Shown here in pieces: positions 19,793-28,873 of a stretch of 64,000 bases of DNA. The stretch comes from Promethearchaeota archaeon (GTDB taxonomy: Archaea; Asgardarchaeota; Lokiarchaeia; Sigyniarchaeales; SOKP01), in the NCBI GenBank assembly GCA_048940925.1, contig JBHLOC010000003.1:32001-96000 (forward strand). Reading direction: 5' to 3'. A model generated the notes under the pieces. It saw only the letters and a list, made by a program, of their open reading frames with translations. It made no database searches and was not told where the DNA came from. Made by a program: the position numbers and the translations under genes. Position 1 is the stretch's first letter; each line of letters opens with the position of its first letter.

Positions 19793-21253
19793 TTGAAAGA
19801 AAATGAACTCTGTTTTATGCCTGCGTGGCAAATAAAAGAAAAAATTTCTTTGCAAGAATTCTCTTCTGAAGAAATAACAGAAATTTTCATTGACAGAATA
19901 GAGAAGATAAACCCCATAATTAATGCGTATTGTATTACTACATTTGACCTAGCCAGAGAGTTAGCCAAAAAAGCTGATAAGGCGGTGAAAAAAGGTGGAA
20001 AGTTAGGACTCTTACATGGCATTCCTACTTCCATCAAAGATAATGTTGATATTAAAGGAATTAGAACCACATTTGGTTGTAAAGCATTTGAAAATTATAT
20101 TGCATCTAACGATGATATCGCAGTCAAAAGATTGAAAAAAGCAGGAGTAGTCATATTAGGTAAAACAAATATGCCCGCCTTTGGGTATAAAGGAACCACA
20201 GATAATCTAATATTTGGCGCAACAAAAAATCCTTGGCATTTAGAAAGAACTGTAGGAGGATCTACGGGGGGAGGAGCAGCAGCAACAGCTTCTGGATTAA
20301 GTCCTTTAACGCAAGGTTCTGACGGAGGAGGATCTATCAGAATTCCAAGCAGTTTTTGTGGATTATATGGTATTAAACCAACATTTGGACGCATTCCACA
20401 GACATCTATGAAAATTGAAGGTAATATGGGTACATATGTTCAAAAGGGACCAATAGCTAGATTTGTAAAAGATGCGGCATTAATGTTAGATGCTTTAGTT
20501 GGAGCTGATGATATAGATAGATATTCTCTACCAAAACCAAATTATAGCTTCTATGATGCATTAGAAGAAACACCTAAAAAACTGAAAATAGGATATGCAA
20601 TAGATTTAGGAAATCTTGAAATTGTTCATTCTGAAGTTGAGAAAGCGGTATTTGATGCTGTTAAAAAATTTGAAGTATATGATTGGCCAGTTGAAAAAAG
20701 TAATATTAGTTTATTATCGAGTGGAAAAACACTCAGAGGAAATGTCAATATAGAAAATTATGGTTTAACTTGGTATATTTTATGGTCATACGGATTTGGA
20801 TATTTTATGAAGCCGATAATTGAACAATACGGAGATATTCTAGATCAAGAATTAGTACAACTAGCTCAATATGGATTGCAACTTTCCGCTGAAAATATTT
20901 ATACAGCAGAAATACAAAGGGAAATCATATATGATAATATATGTAGACATTTTAAAGAATTTGATATTTTAATTACTCCAACTATGGCATGTCCTGCTTT
21001 TGAATTAGGTGTATCCGCCCCAACTAAAATTGAGGGGAGGGAGGTTTCCGGAGGAGCCTATTCACCCTATACTCATCCCTTTAATATGAGCGGTCATCCA
21101 GCAGCATCAATTCCCTGTGGATGGTCGAGTGAAGGATTACCTATAGGGATGCAAATTATAGGGAAGAGGTTTGACGAGGTTACTGTTCTTCAGGTCTCTA
21201 AAGCATTTGAAGAAATTGCTCCATGGCAAGATAAAAAACCAATTTTTGAATAA
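19793..21253 (+). CDS. Amidase signature family enzyme (paralog 2)
   Basis: HGIPTSIKD, GGSTGG, GSDGGGSIRIP; collinear with the upstream paralog. Confidence 0.92.
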   Translation: MKENELCFMPAWQIKEKISLQEFSSEEITEIFIDRIEKINPIINAYCITTFDLARELAKKADKAVKKGGKLGLLHGIPTSIKDNVDIKGIRTTFGCKAFENYIASNDDIAVKRLKKAGVVILGKTNMPAFGYKGTTDNLIFGATKNPWHLERTVGGSTGGGAAATASGLSPLTQGSDGGGSIRIPSSFCGLYGIKPTFGRIPQTSMKIEGNMGTYVQKGPIARFVKDAALMLDALVGADDIDRYSLPKPNYSFYDALEETPKKLKIGYAIDLGNLEIVHSEVEKAVFDAVKKFEVYDWPVEKSNISLLSSGKTLRGNVNIENYGLTWYILWSYGFGYFMKPIIEQYGDILDQELVQLAQYGLQLSAENIYTAEIQREIIYDNICRHFKEFDILITPTMACPAFELGVSAPTKIEGREVSGGAYSPYTHPFNMSGHPAASIPCGWSSEGLPIGMQIIGKRFDEVTVLQVSKAFEEIAPWQDKKPIFE

Positions 21254-21449
21254 TATTAATAATTCTTTGACAATTTAGTACGTTTTACATTTTAAAATAA
21301 CCAATATTTTATTTTTCACATTTATTTTAATACTTCACCTAGCTATTTTTAGTTAAACTTCATAAAAACAATTTTTTTAAATTGTCCTTAATAATTCTAA
21401 GTATAACAATTATTTTACAACTTATAGCTAAAAACAAAAAGAGAGAAAA

Positions 21450-21989
21450 TTGAGTAAAATGGCACGACCATATCAAAAAGCTAATATTCCTGGTCCTGAG
21501 ATGGGCACCTCTGTCTCAGATCCAGCAGTGATGGCAAATTTACTTAAAGCACCTAAAAAGAAGGTCTTCGTTATAGGCGCTGAATCCCTAACCTGGGAAC
21601 TTGATGGGAAAAAGCTTGCAGATTATTTCATTGAAATAGCAAATAAACTTGATTGTCATGTAGTCTCAACAGGACATGCATACAAATATTTGAAAGATAA
21701 AATAGCTGATAACAATTTATTCGATATGTCTTTAATAAATATTACAAACCGTTTATCTGATAAAGATTGGGCTGGTTTTGATGGTGAAGGACAATATTCG
21801 ATGGTCATTTTCGGGGGACATATTGTATTTTACGTCTCTCAAACATTATCTCGTCTCAAGAACTTTACTAACTGGTTAAGAACGATTGATCTAGATAAAT
21901 ATTCTCATCCGAATGCTCGATTTAGCTTACCAAATTTAAGTGAAGCAGATTGGAAAACATTTTTAGAAAATTTAATTGAAAAGTTATAA
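21450..21989 (+). CDS. cdhB: CO dehydrogenase/acetyl-CoA synthase epsilon subunit
   Basis: PYQKANIPGP, RLSDKDW.GFDGEGQY, FYVSQTLS.LKNF, HPNARFS; adjacent to cdhC. Confidence 0.9.
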   Translation: MSKMARPYQKANIPGPEMGTSVSDPAVMANLLKAPKKKVFVIGAESLTWELDGKKLADYFIEIANKLDCHVVSTGHAYKYLKDKIADNNLFDMSLINITNRLSDKDWAGFDGEGQYSMVIFGGHIVFYVSQTLSRLKNFTNWLRTIDLDKYSHPNARFSLPNLSEADWKTFLENLIEKL

Positions 21990-22047
21990 AAGTTAAAATA
22001 TTGAAATAAATTACCAAAATGAAAATTCAAATAAGGAGATATGTAAA

Positions 22048-23472
22048 ATGAGTTTTGCAGATTTACCTTTTGACGTAGGACCTGTTTACGAGGGTGAACG
22101 TATAAGAGGTAATCAAATGTATGTTGAACTTGGCGGTCCTAAGATAAATAAGCATTTTGAGCTCGTAAGGGTCAAGCCAGAAAAGGAAATCGAGGATGGA
22201 AAAGTTTCAATTATAGGGCCAAATATTAAAGATATGAAAGAGGGTGAGCGATATCCAATAGGTATTTTAGTCGAAGTAGCGGGTCCAGAATTGGAAGAAG
22301 ATTTAGAAGCAGTGTTTGAGAGGAGAGTTCATGAATTTTGTAATTTTATAAATGGAGTTATGCATCTGAACCAAAGGTATACAAATTGGATGAGACTCTC
22401 AAAGACTCTTATTAGTAAAGGTTTTGATGATCTTACTATGTTGGGCACAGTTCTAATCCGACTCTATAAAGCAGAATTACCAATTATCAAAAAAGCACAG
22501 GTAACTTTACTAACAGACCCTAAAGAAATTGAAGAACCATATAATTTCGCTATGGGTATATACAATAAAAGAGATGAAAGAGCTCGGACTATTCATGATG
22601 AAGATGTTGATATGTATTACGGTTGTGTACTCTGTCAGTCATTTGCCCCAACTCATGCTTGTTGTATTACACCTGATAGAACGTCCCTATGTGGTAGTAT
22701 TAACTGGTTTGATGCTAGAGCCGCAGCAAAGGTGGATCCGAAAGGACCACTATTCGAGGTACCACCAGGTGAATGTGTGAATAAAGATGCTGGAGAGTTT
22801 ACTGGTGTAAATGAGATGATAAAGAAACGTTCTTTAGGTGAAATCAAAAGAATATATCTTTACAGCGGAATGGAATTTCCACATACATCTTGTGGATGCT
22901 TTGAGGCTATTGATTTTTACATTCCTGAAGTAAATGGTCATGGGATAGTTGATAGAAATTATGGTGATGTCGCAATCAACGGATTACCCTTCTCAGCTAT
23001 GGCGAATCAAACAGGGGGCGGAAAGCAGATGCCTGGTTTTAACGGAGTAAGTTTCCAATATATTGGCTCTCCAAAATATCAATTATATGACGGATTACAA
23101 TTGGGACTTGAAAGTGGCATTTACACAATCGTATGGATGCCAACAACCGTGAAAGAAAGAGTAGCGGAGTTTATTCCAGAGGATTTGATCGATAAAATAG
23201 CAACAGAGGAAGATGTTCAAGATATTAATCAATTAAAAACCTGGCTGAAAGAGAAGAATCATCCTATTGTGAGTACATGGACTGAGATGGAAGAAGTGGA
23301 AGAAGAAGAGGAATGGGAGGAAGAAAGTGCAATGGTTCCTATGGGAACAGTTGGACTGACGATTCCTGGAGCTGGAGGTGCGGGAGGATTTAAAGTAATC
23401 TTAAAGAATTGTAAAATACACGCAGAATCAATAATAATTAAGAAAATCGAGACTAAACGCAGGAAGAAATAA
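22048..23472 (+). CDS. cdhC: Acetyl-CoA synthase beta subunit (ACDS)
   Basis: YEGERIR, ERRVHEFCN, CVLCQSFAPTH, LCGSINW, HTSCGCFE. Confidence 0.96.
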   Translation: MSFADLPFDVGPVYEGERIRGNQMYVELGGPKINKHFELVRVKPEKEIEDGKVSIIGPNIKDMKEGERYPIGILVEVAGPELEEDLEAVFERRVHEFCNFINGVMHLNQRYTNWMRLSKTLISKGFDDLTMLGTVLIRLYKAELPIIKKAQVTLLTDPKEIEEPYNFAMGIYNKRDERARTIHDEDVDMYYGCVLCQSFAPTHACCITPDRTSLCGSINWFDARAAAKVDPKGPLFEVPPGECVNKDAGEFTGVNEMIKKRSLGEIKRIYLYSGMEFPHTSCGCFEAIDFYIPEVNGHGIVDRNYGDVAINGLPFSAMANQTGGGKQMPGFNGVSFQYIGSPKYQLYDGLQLGLESGIYTIVWMPTTVKERVAEFIPEDLIDKIATEEDVQDINQLKTWLKEKNHPIVSTWTEMEEVEEEEEWEEESAMVPMGTVGLTIPGAGGAGGFKVILKNCKIHAESIIIKKIETKRRKK

Positions 23473-23653
23473 TGTTTTTATTAATATCTTTTTTTAATTT
23501 TTTTTGAATTTTTATTTACACTAAACTTTAGTTCTAATCTTTCATTAAGTAATTTCTTACTTAAAAAGAATACATACTTTACATATATCAATTTTTTTTT
23601 GTAAAAATATCAAGTTTAAAATAAGTTAGAATATATCATTAATTAATCCAATA

Positions 23654-24217
23654 TTGAAAAAAGTGGTTTTCATGAGTTATGAACCCAATATATATGACCC
23701 ATCTGATAAAATTGAAATTGAAGAAACTTTAAGAGGGCAAGCTACAGGGATAATTTGTGTTGATGTTTGTGCTGTTATACTATTCATAGTAGTTTCGATA
23801 GCAACTATAATCATATCGGAAGGTAGTATTATAGGGATTGTCATAGTCATATTTATCTGGATCGCCATGACTGGAATTGGTCTTTGGTCTTACCATTATA
23901 TAAGAGGTAGCGGTAAAATAAGAAAATTTATTATCACAAATGATTATATTAGTATTCAAGTACCAGATAATCCCCCTTTCACTGTAAATGTATCAGATTT
24001 TAATACAATTGAAACGAGAAGAATAATAACAGGATATAAATATACCAAAAAAGCATTTTATATTTTTACGTTTACTGGTCCGAATTATTCAAATAGTCAT
24101 CAAATTCAAAGTCAAAAAGATTTTTCAAGAAAAGCAATAAAAAAATTTCGACGAGAGTTAGAGGATTTTTCCGCGAGGAAAGGTCTAAACTATAGTTTTC
24201 GGAAAGGTAGAAGGTAA
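23654..24217 (+). CDS. Hypothetical 2-TM membrane protein with soluble (PH-like?) C-terminal domain; likely ATG start at 23672
   Basis: Two hydrophobic helices followed by a beta-rich region. Confidence 0.6.
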   Translation: MKKVVFMSYEPNIYDPSDKIEIEETLRGQATGIICVDVCAVILFIVVSIATIIISEGSIIGIVIVIFIWIAMTGIGLWSYHYIRGSGKIRKFIITNDYISIQVPDNPPFTVNVSDFNTIETRRIITGYKYTKKAFYIFTFTGPNYSNSHQIQSQKDFSRKAIKKFRRELEDFSARKGLNYSFRKGRR

Positions 24218-24545
24218 TAATTATCTAGTAATTCTTTTTTTTATTTCTTTAATATTAAATACAAGTTTTAAAATATTGATTTCAATTTCAACATTAAATT
24301 CTCTAGACAATTAATATTAATTACCATGGAAGATATTAGATCCAGTTATTAATAGGAAACCTATTTATGTTAAATACAGTGAAAGAATATTAGGATAAAA
24401 AGATATAAAAAATTATAAGATTTTTTTTGTTTTGTAGTATATTTATACGTATTGACGCAAAAATCATAAAAAATAAAATCGATATATATAACAATAATTA
24501 ATTATTTTTAATTAGGACTAAATTATCTATTATCAAGATGGGTAT

Positions 24546-25265
24546 ATGGCTTTTTTTCAACTGGATATTACAAGATTCTTAACCGTCTATATCGTTCAAG
24601 GGGTAATGTTTGGAATATTTGCTTATTTAGCCTATAAAATCCTAAAACGAGATAGGAAACAACTGAATATGATTTTTTCTGGTTTTTATATATGTGTTGC
24701 TATTAGTTTATTTATCAACTTTATATATGCCCCTATTAACAATGAAGATGTGGTGCTTATAATGAATTTCATAACAAATTTTTTTGCTTTCTATTCCCCT
24801 ATCTTTATACTTGTTTTTGAATTAATCCTATTGAAGTCAAAGTATGTCATGAGTTTTGGTAAACAGTTTATAATATTAATTTTATATGGAATAGCGATTT
24901 TTAGCATGATAATTTTTCTCTTTATTGAAAATTGGGGTGTGGAAATTGGTCCCCCCGAATGGACACCCCATTGGATGATCCCCTTTTTTCTTTATATAGT
25001 GTGTTTAGCCTCTTTAATAATAGTGGGACCAACCCTTTACCTTTCTTTCAAAATATATAAGAAATTTAGTGATAGTATGTTAAAGAAAAAATGGAGATAT
25101 TTTACATTTGGTTTATGTGCGATTTATATATTTATGTATAGTATTTTTATTTCTAATACATTACATATTCCTACATTTAGAGCAATAATTGGAATCTTAA
25201 GTTTAATATTGGTAATAACAGGCGGATATTTAATGTATATTGGTGTAGGTCGACAATTAGAGTAA
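24546..25265 (+). CDS. Standalone 7-TM membrane protein (HisKA_7TM-like sensor domain), paralog A
   Basis: Seven hydrophobic segments counted; LN..FSGF, SPIF, LKKKW, LMY.G.G motifs shared with 27201..27980. Confidence 0.7.
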   Translation: MAFFQLDITRFLTVYIVQGVMFGIFAYLAYKILKRDRKQLNMIFSGFYICVAISLFINFIYAPINNEDVVLIMNFITNFFAFYSPIFILVFELILLKSKYVMSFGKQFIILILYGIAIFSMIIFLFIENWGVEIGPPEWTPHWMIPFFLYIVCLASLIIVGPTLYLSFKIYKKFSDSMLKKKWRYFTFGLCAIYIFMYSIFISNTLHIPTFRAIIGILSLILVITGGYLMYIGVGRQLE

Positions 25266-25486
25266 GAATATTTAATATATAAAGGGAGATAACATATATT
25301 TTTTAAATTATTAAGCAGTTATTGGGATTAATTTCTCAAGATAATAACAGAATTATGTCGTTCTAATACTACGAATAATCACATAAGACCAATATATTTA
25401 AATATTTAAATTGCGGTATACAATAAGAGCATTTATATAAGAGTATCTCCTATAAGCAAATTAGTTTAAACCTATTCTAGACAGAT

Positions 25487-25942
25487 ATGTTAATACGAGA
25501 AGCAGGTATTTTATTCCAAGGAATTCCCATTATATTTACTAGTTATCATAGGGCTAGTAAGGACGAAACCAATCTAATTTGTTCGAGTGGATTAATGAGT
25601 GGGTTATTAACATTTGCTGAATGTTTAATGGAGCCAGTTGAATATTTTGAAAGCAGTAAATATTCAGTAATTTTTAAAAAAGGAACACTTATTGATTATT
25701 ATGGAAAAACGCAGGAAATTGTTGCATTTATTGTATTAGATAAAGATGAAAGACTTGAAAAATATTTAAACAAATCTATTTTACCGCTTTTAGAAAAATT
25801 ATTAAAAAGATTTAAAGTTCAATTTAATGGATGCAATCTTACTAAAATGGCTCAGTTTGAGTCTTTTAAAGTGACACTTGATAAACTTTTCGGAACAGGC
25901 ACTCAAACCTTGGAAGAAAAAGTAGTCTCTTTATTGCTTTGA
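25487..25942 (+). CDS. Longin-like domain protein
   Basis: IREAGILFQGIPI...SGLMSGLLTFAE...VEYFES.KY.VIFKK...LLKRF..F; same fold pattern as the N-terminal domain of 2387..3490. Confidence 0.6.
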   Translation: MLIREAGILFQGIPIIFTSYHRASKDETNLICSSGLMSGLLTFAECLMEPVEYFESSKYSVIFKKGTLIDYYGKTQEIVAFIVLDKDERLEKYLNKSILPLLEKLLKRFKVQFNGCNLTKMAQFESFKVTLDKLFGTGTQTLEEKVVSLLL

Positions 25943-25981
25943 ATGAAATAGTTAAAAATAGAGGAAATTAGGTCAATTAAA

Positions 25982-27085
25982 CTAATTTACACGAGAAAAA
26001 AATATTTCCCTGACTTTATTAAATAGTGGTTTGTTCTCATCAAGGGTTTTTAAATTTAGGACATGCGATCCTCCATTAGGATAGTAAGCCATTATAACTG
26101 AATCATATAATGTCCAATTGAAATTAGAGTACCCAACATCGTATCCAACTATATTGAATCCTTTTTCAAGAGCAAGAGACATTGAGTATATCCCATTTTG
26201 AGTCGTGGGGATTCTCCACAAGATAATTCTCCAATTATTATGGGTATTAAGTAATTGAGTTAATGACTTCTCCTTAATATATCCATACATATTATATCTC
26301 CCTCCATAGAAATCCCTGGATACACCGTAAAGTTCATATCCTTTATTTTTTTTGCATTTTTCAAAAATTAAGATATCTTTATTCATTTTTTTTGACTTAG
26401 TTCTAACAAAATCATAAAAGAAAACAAAATCCTCATTATCTAATAAATAAACCTCTTTTTCTCTTTTTTTCCATAGAGTTTTAAATATAATTGAATAAAG
26501 AATTGCAGCTTCTTCACGTAACGCAGGAATAGGGGTATCATGATCATTCATAAATTTTCTTTTATCTCCATAATTGAGATACGCAGGGACTAACCCATAG
26601 GGTATCGCTCCAGCATTACGAATAAGTTTTTGAGCACCAATCTTCATTCCTCGAGTTTCCCCATCAAGTCTTAAAACATCCTTGAATTGAGGCAATTTGG
26701 TAGCAGAAACTATACCTGCTGCACCCATTTTTACTCCTAATCCAACGTCTTGAAACTTTTTCCTCACAACCATTCTACTCGCTCGTGCAATATACTTATT
26801 TTTTTCTACTAATCCAGCACCTCCGATTTCATTGGTTTCTAATAAGTCTCCTACGAACCAAAAATTCCCTTTGTTTAATAACTCTTGTTTTAATAGTTCA
26901 CTATCATAAACATATGGATTGATATATTCATAATTATATATTTCTTTGAAAATCTTAGAGATTGATTCAGCGTCATCTGGATTTGCTAATCGCAAACCAA
27001 ATTCTTCACCATTTTTTGATAAAAACTTGTGAATATATACATTATCTTCTTGAAATTCCGAAAATTTCTTACTTATACTATGCAT
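25982..27085 (-). CDS. Tandem-domain GNAT-family acetyltransferase
   Basis: LRLANPDDAESI, VVRKKFQDVGLG acetyl-CoA motif A. Confidence 0.7.
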   Translation of the reverse strand: MHSISKKFSEFQEDNVYIHKFLSKNGEEFGLRLANPDDAESISKIFKEIYNYEYINPYVYDSELLKQELLNKGNFWFVGDLLETNEIGGAGLVEKNKYIARASRMVVRKKFQDVGLGVKMGAAGIVSATKLPQFKDVLRLDGETRGMKIGAQKLIRNAGAIPYGLVPAYLNYGDKRKFMNDHDTPIPALREEAAILYSIIFKTLWKKREKEVYLLDNEDFVFFYDFVRTKSKKMNKDILIFEKCKKNKGYELYGVSRDFYGGRYNMYGYIKEKSLTQLLNTHNNWRIILWRIPTTQNGIYSMSLALEKGFNIVGYDVGYSNFNWTLYDSVIMAYYPNGGSHVLNLKTLDENKPLFNKVREIFFSRVN

Positions 27086-27152
27086 TCAAATCGCCTTATT
27101 ACAAATTTTTTTAGAGAGCTAATTAATACTGATTAAAAGTATATAAATAATT

Positions 27153-27180
27153 TTCTATTTTTTCACGTGAAAAAATAGAA
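27153..27180. repeat. Perfect 28-bp palindrome
   Basis: TTCTATTTTTTCACGTGAAAAAATAGAA. Confidence 0.9.
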
Positions 27181-27200
27181 TTTGTTCTAATAAAAGAAGC

Positions 27201-27980
27201 TTATTTATGTAATCTATAGCCGATTCCATAATACATTAAAAAACCCCAGATTATTATTGTAGTGCTATATAAGGTAAAAAATAAATTAAAAGTAGGGCTT
27301 TCTCCAAAATAAAAATATTTAATCCAATTTATAAGGTTATTTACAAAAACCACATATGCGATACTAAACGAGCCCAAAGAACCAATAAAATAATAGAACC
27401 ATTTTTTTTTAAGAGCATCCGTTGTAAAACTATGGTAAATTTTCAAGGATGTAATTATTATAGGTATAATTGCGAAACTAGTAATAACGGAAACTACAAA
27501 TATGAAAAAAAAAGGTGTCCAACTAATCCCTGATGTACTTATTATGACTCCCCATCGTCCGATTGCTGTAGGTGATAAGTTTCTTACTCCATCCAAGATA
27601 TAAAATATTAACATTCCGATTAAAAGTATAATACCATAATATAGAATAAATTTATTTTGTCTTTTTACAGAGAAAATTATTGTCGATTCTATTATTATCA
27701 AATTTACAATAAGAATAAAAATCGGTCCAAAACATATAAAGAAATTAGCCCAAAAATTAAGAATTAGAATTGTTGTTTCATCTGTTAATGCACCAAAATA
27801 AATCATATTTAAAATTAAACTAATAATTGTACATATAAAAAAACCGCTAAACATATAATTTAATCGTTGTCTTTTTCTTCTTATTATTTGATAAGCCAAT
27901 ATTGAAAAATATATTACGAAAATACTAAAGACAACATAGATTAATATAAATCTTGACGTATCATTCTGAAAGAGAGTGAT
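27201..27980 (-). CDS. Standalone 7-TM membrane protein, paralog B (extended to an ATC start at 27980)
   Basis: Open in-frame extension ITLFQNDTSRFILIYVVFSIFVIYFSI aligns with the N-terminus of paralog A; GGTGA SD just upstream of ATC. Confidence 0.7.
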   Translation of the reverse strand: MTLFQNDTSRFILIYVVFSIFVIYFSILAYQIIRRKRQRLNYMFSGFFICTIISLILNMIYFGALTDETTILILNFWANFFICFGPIFILIVNLIIIESTIIFSVKRQNKFILYYGIILLIGMLIFYILDGVRNLSPTAIGRWGVIISTSGISWTPFFFIFVVSVITSFAIIPIIITSLKIYHSFTTDALKKKWFYYFIGSLGSFSIAYVVFVNNLINWIKYFYFGESPTFNLFFTLYSTTIIIWGFLMYYGIGYRLHK

Positions 27981-28151
27981 TTTTTTTCACCAATCTTGAA
28001 TACATTAATACTTACTTAATTAAGTTTTAAAAATTTTTCATTAATATAATATCACAATATGGTTTTAAATAGATTTGATTAAAGAATTTTTCTTTTTAAT
28101 ATTTGTTGAATGAATTTCATAATTTTGATAATTTTAAGATATAATATTTAT

Positions 28152-28727
28152 TTACTTTGAAATTAAATTTTTCAATTTTCGAGCAATTTTCCATTCTTTC
28201 ATATATTTTACTACACTTTTAGGAACTAAATGCTCCCAAGGCTCTCCTTTAATCATAGATTCACGTATATCCCTTGAGCTAAGTCCTTTTTTCTCTAATG
28301 GAACTTCCCATAACACATGAATTTTTAAACCTAGCGATTCAAAGTATTTTTTTTTTTGACGTCCCCAATCATCATAGATAGTAAGAAAAAATATAGCATC
28401 GATCGGAACATAATATTTAATAAGTTCAGGTACATTTATAGGAAAAGGGACGATGGAAAATTCTGATAAACTTAAACCTTGTTCTAAAAGAGCTGCTTGT
28501 ACCATGACATACCGTTCATAATAAGTTAAAGGATTTGATAATGGAGTGCTCCTGTGAGGATTTGTTTTTGAATATTTGGTTAAAGAGGGATCAGGATTAG
28601 TAATCCCTATAATAAGATGTTCACAAAATTCCTTACCAGCAAGAAGGTATTTAATATGATCATTATGTAATACTTGAAATCTACCATGAATCACACCAAT
28701 TTTATATTTATGTTTTGAGTTTCCCAT
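28152..28727 (-). CDS. Nicotinamide/nicotinate-nucleotide adenylyltransferase (HxGH cytidyltransferase superfamily)
   Basis: HGRFQVLHNDH, IGITNPD, NPLTYYER, LSSRDIRE. Confidence 0.82.
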   Translation of the reverse strand: MGNSKHKYKIGVIHGRFQVLHNDHIKYLLAGKEFCEHLIIGITNPDPSLTKYSKTNPHRSTPLSNPLTYYERYVMVQAALLEQGLSLSEFSIVPFPINVPELIKYYVPIDAIFFLTIYDDWGRQKKKYFESLGLKIHVLWEVPLEKKGLSSRDIRESMIKGEPWEHLVPKSVVKYMKEWKIARKLKNLISK

Positions 28728-28873
28728 TTTAATGCTAAATCTTGAATTTTTTTTAATTAAGCATTTGTGCTAAATAATTTTTCTTCACTATTTTGCAAGA
28801 CTTCTACCCCTTATAAAGCTCGTTTGTATATAAGTATTAAACTAATTTTAACAAAATAATTTCAATATTATAA

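Noticed and set aside
18221-21253. Calling the amidases gatA
   Set aside because: No gatB/gatC adjacent and the genes are tandemly duplicated; only generic amidase-signature motifs are seen
2334-25396. ACCAATAT ('CCAAT-box'-like) in four intergenic regions (about 2334, 6093, 21300, 25388)
   Set aside because: Post-hoc motif in AT-rich DNA with inconsistent distance and orientation to starts; cannot be supported without an enrichment test
25284-25450. GGAGATA...TATCTCC long-range inverted repeat as a MITE or ncRNA
   Set aside because: Only 7 bp, with no target-site duplication or second copy seen
24546-27980. Rhodopsin (schizo/heliorhodopsin) identity for the 7TM proteins
   Set aside because: No Lys in TM7 for the retinal Schiff base
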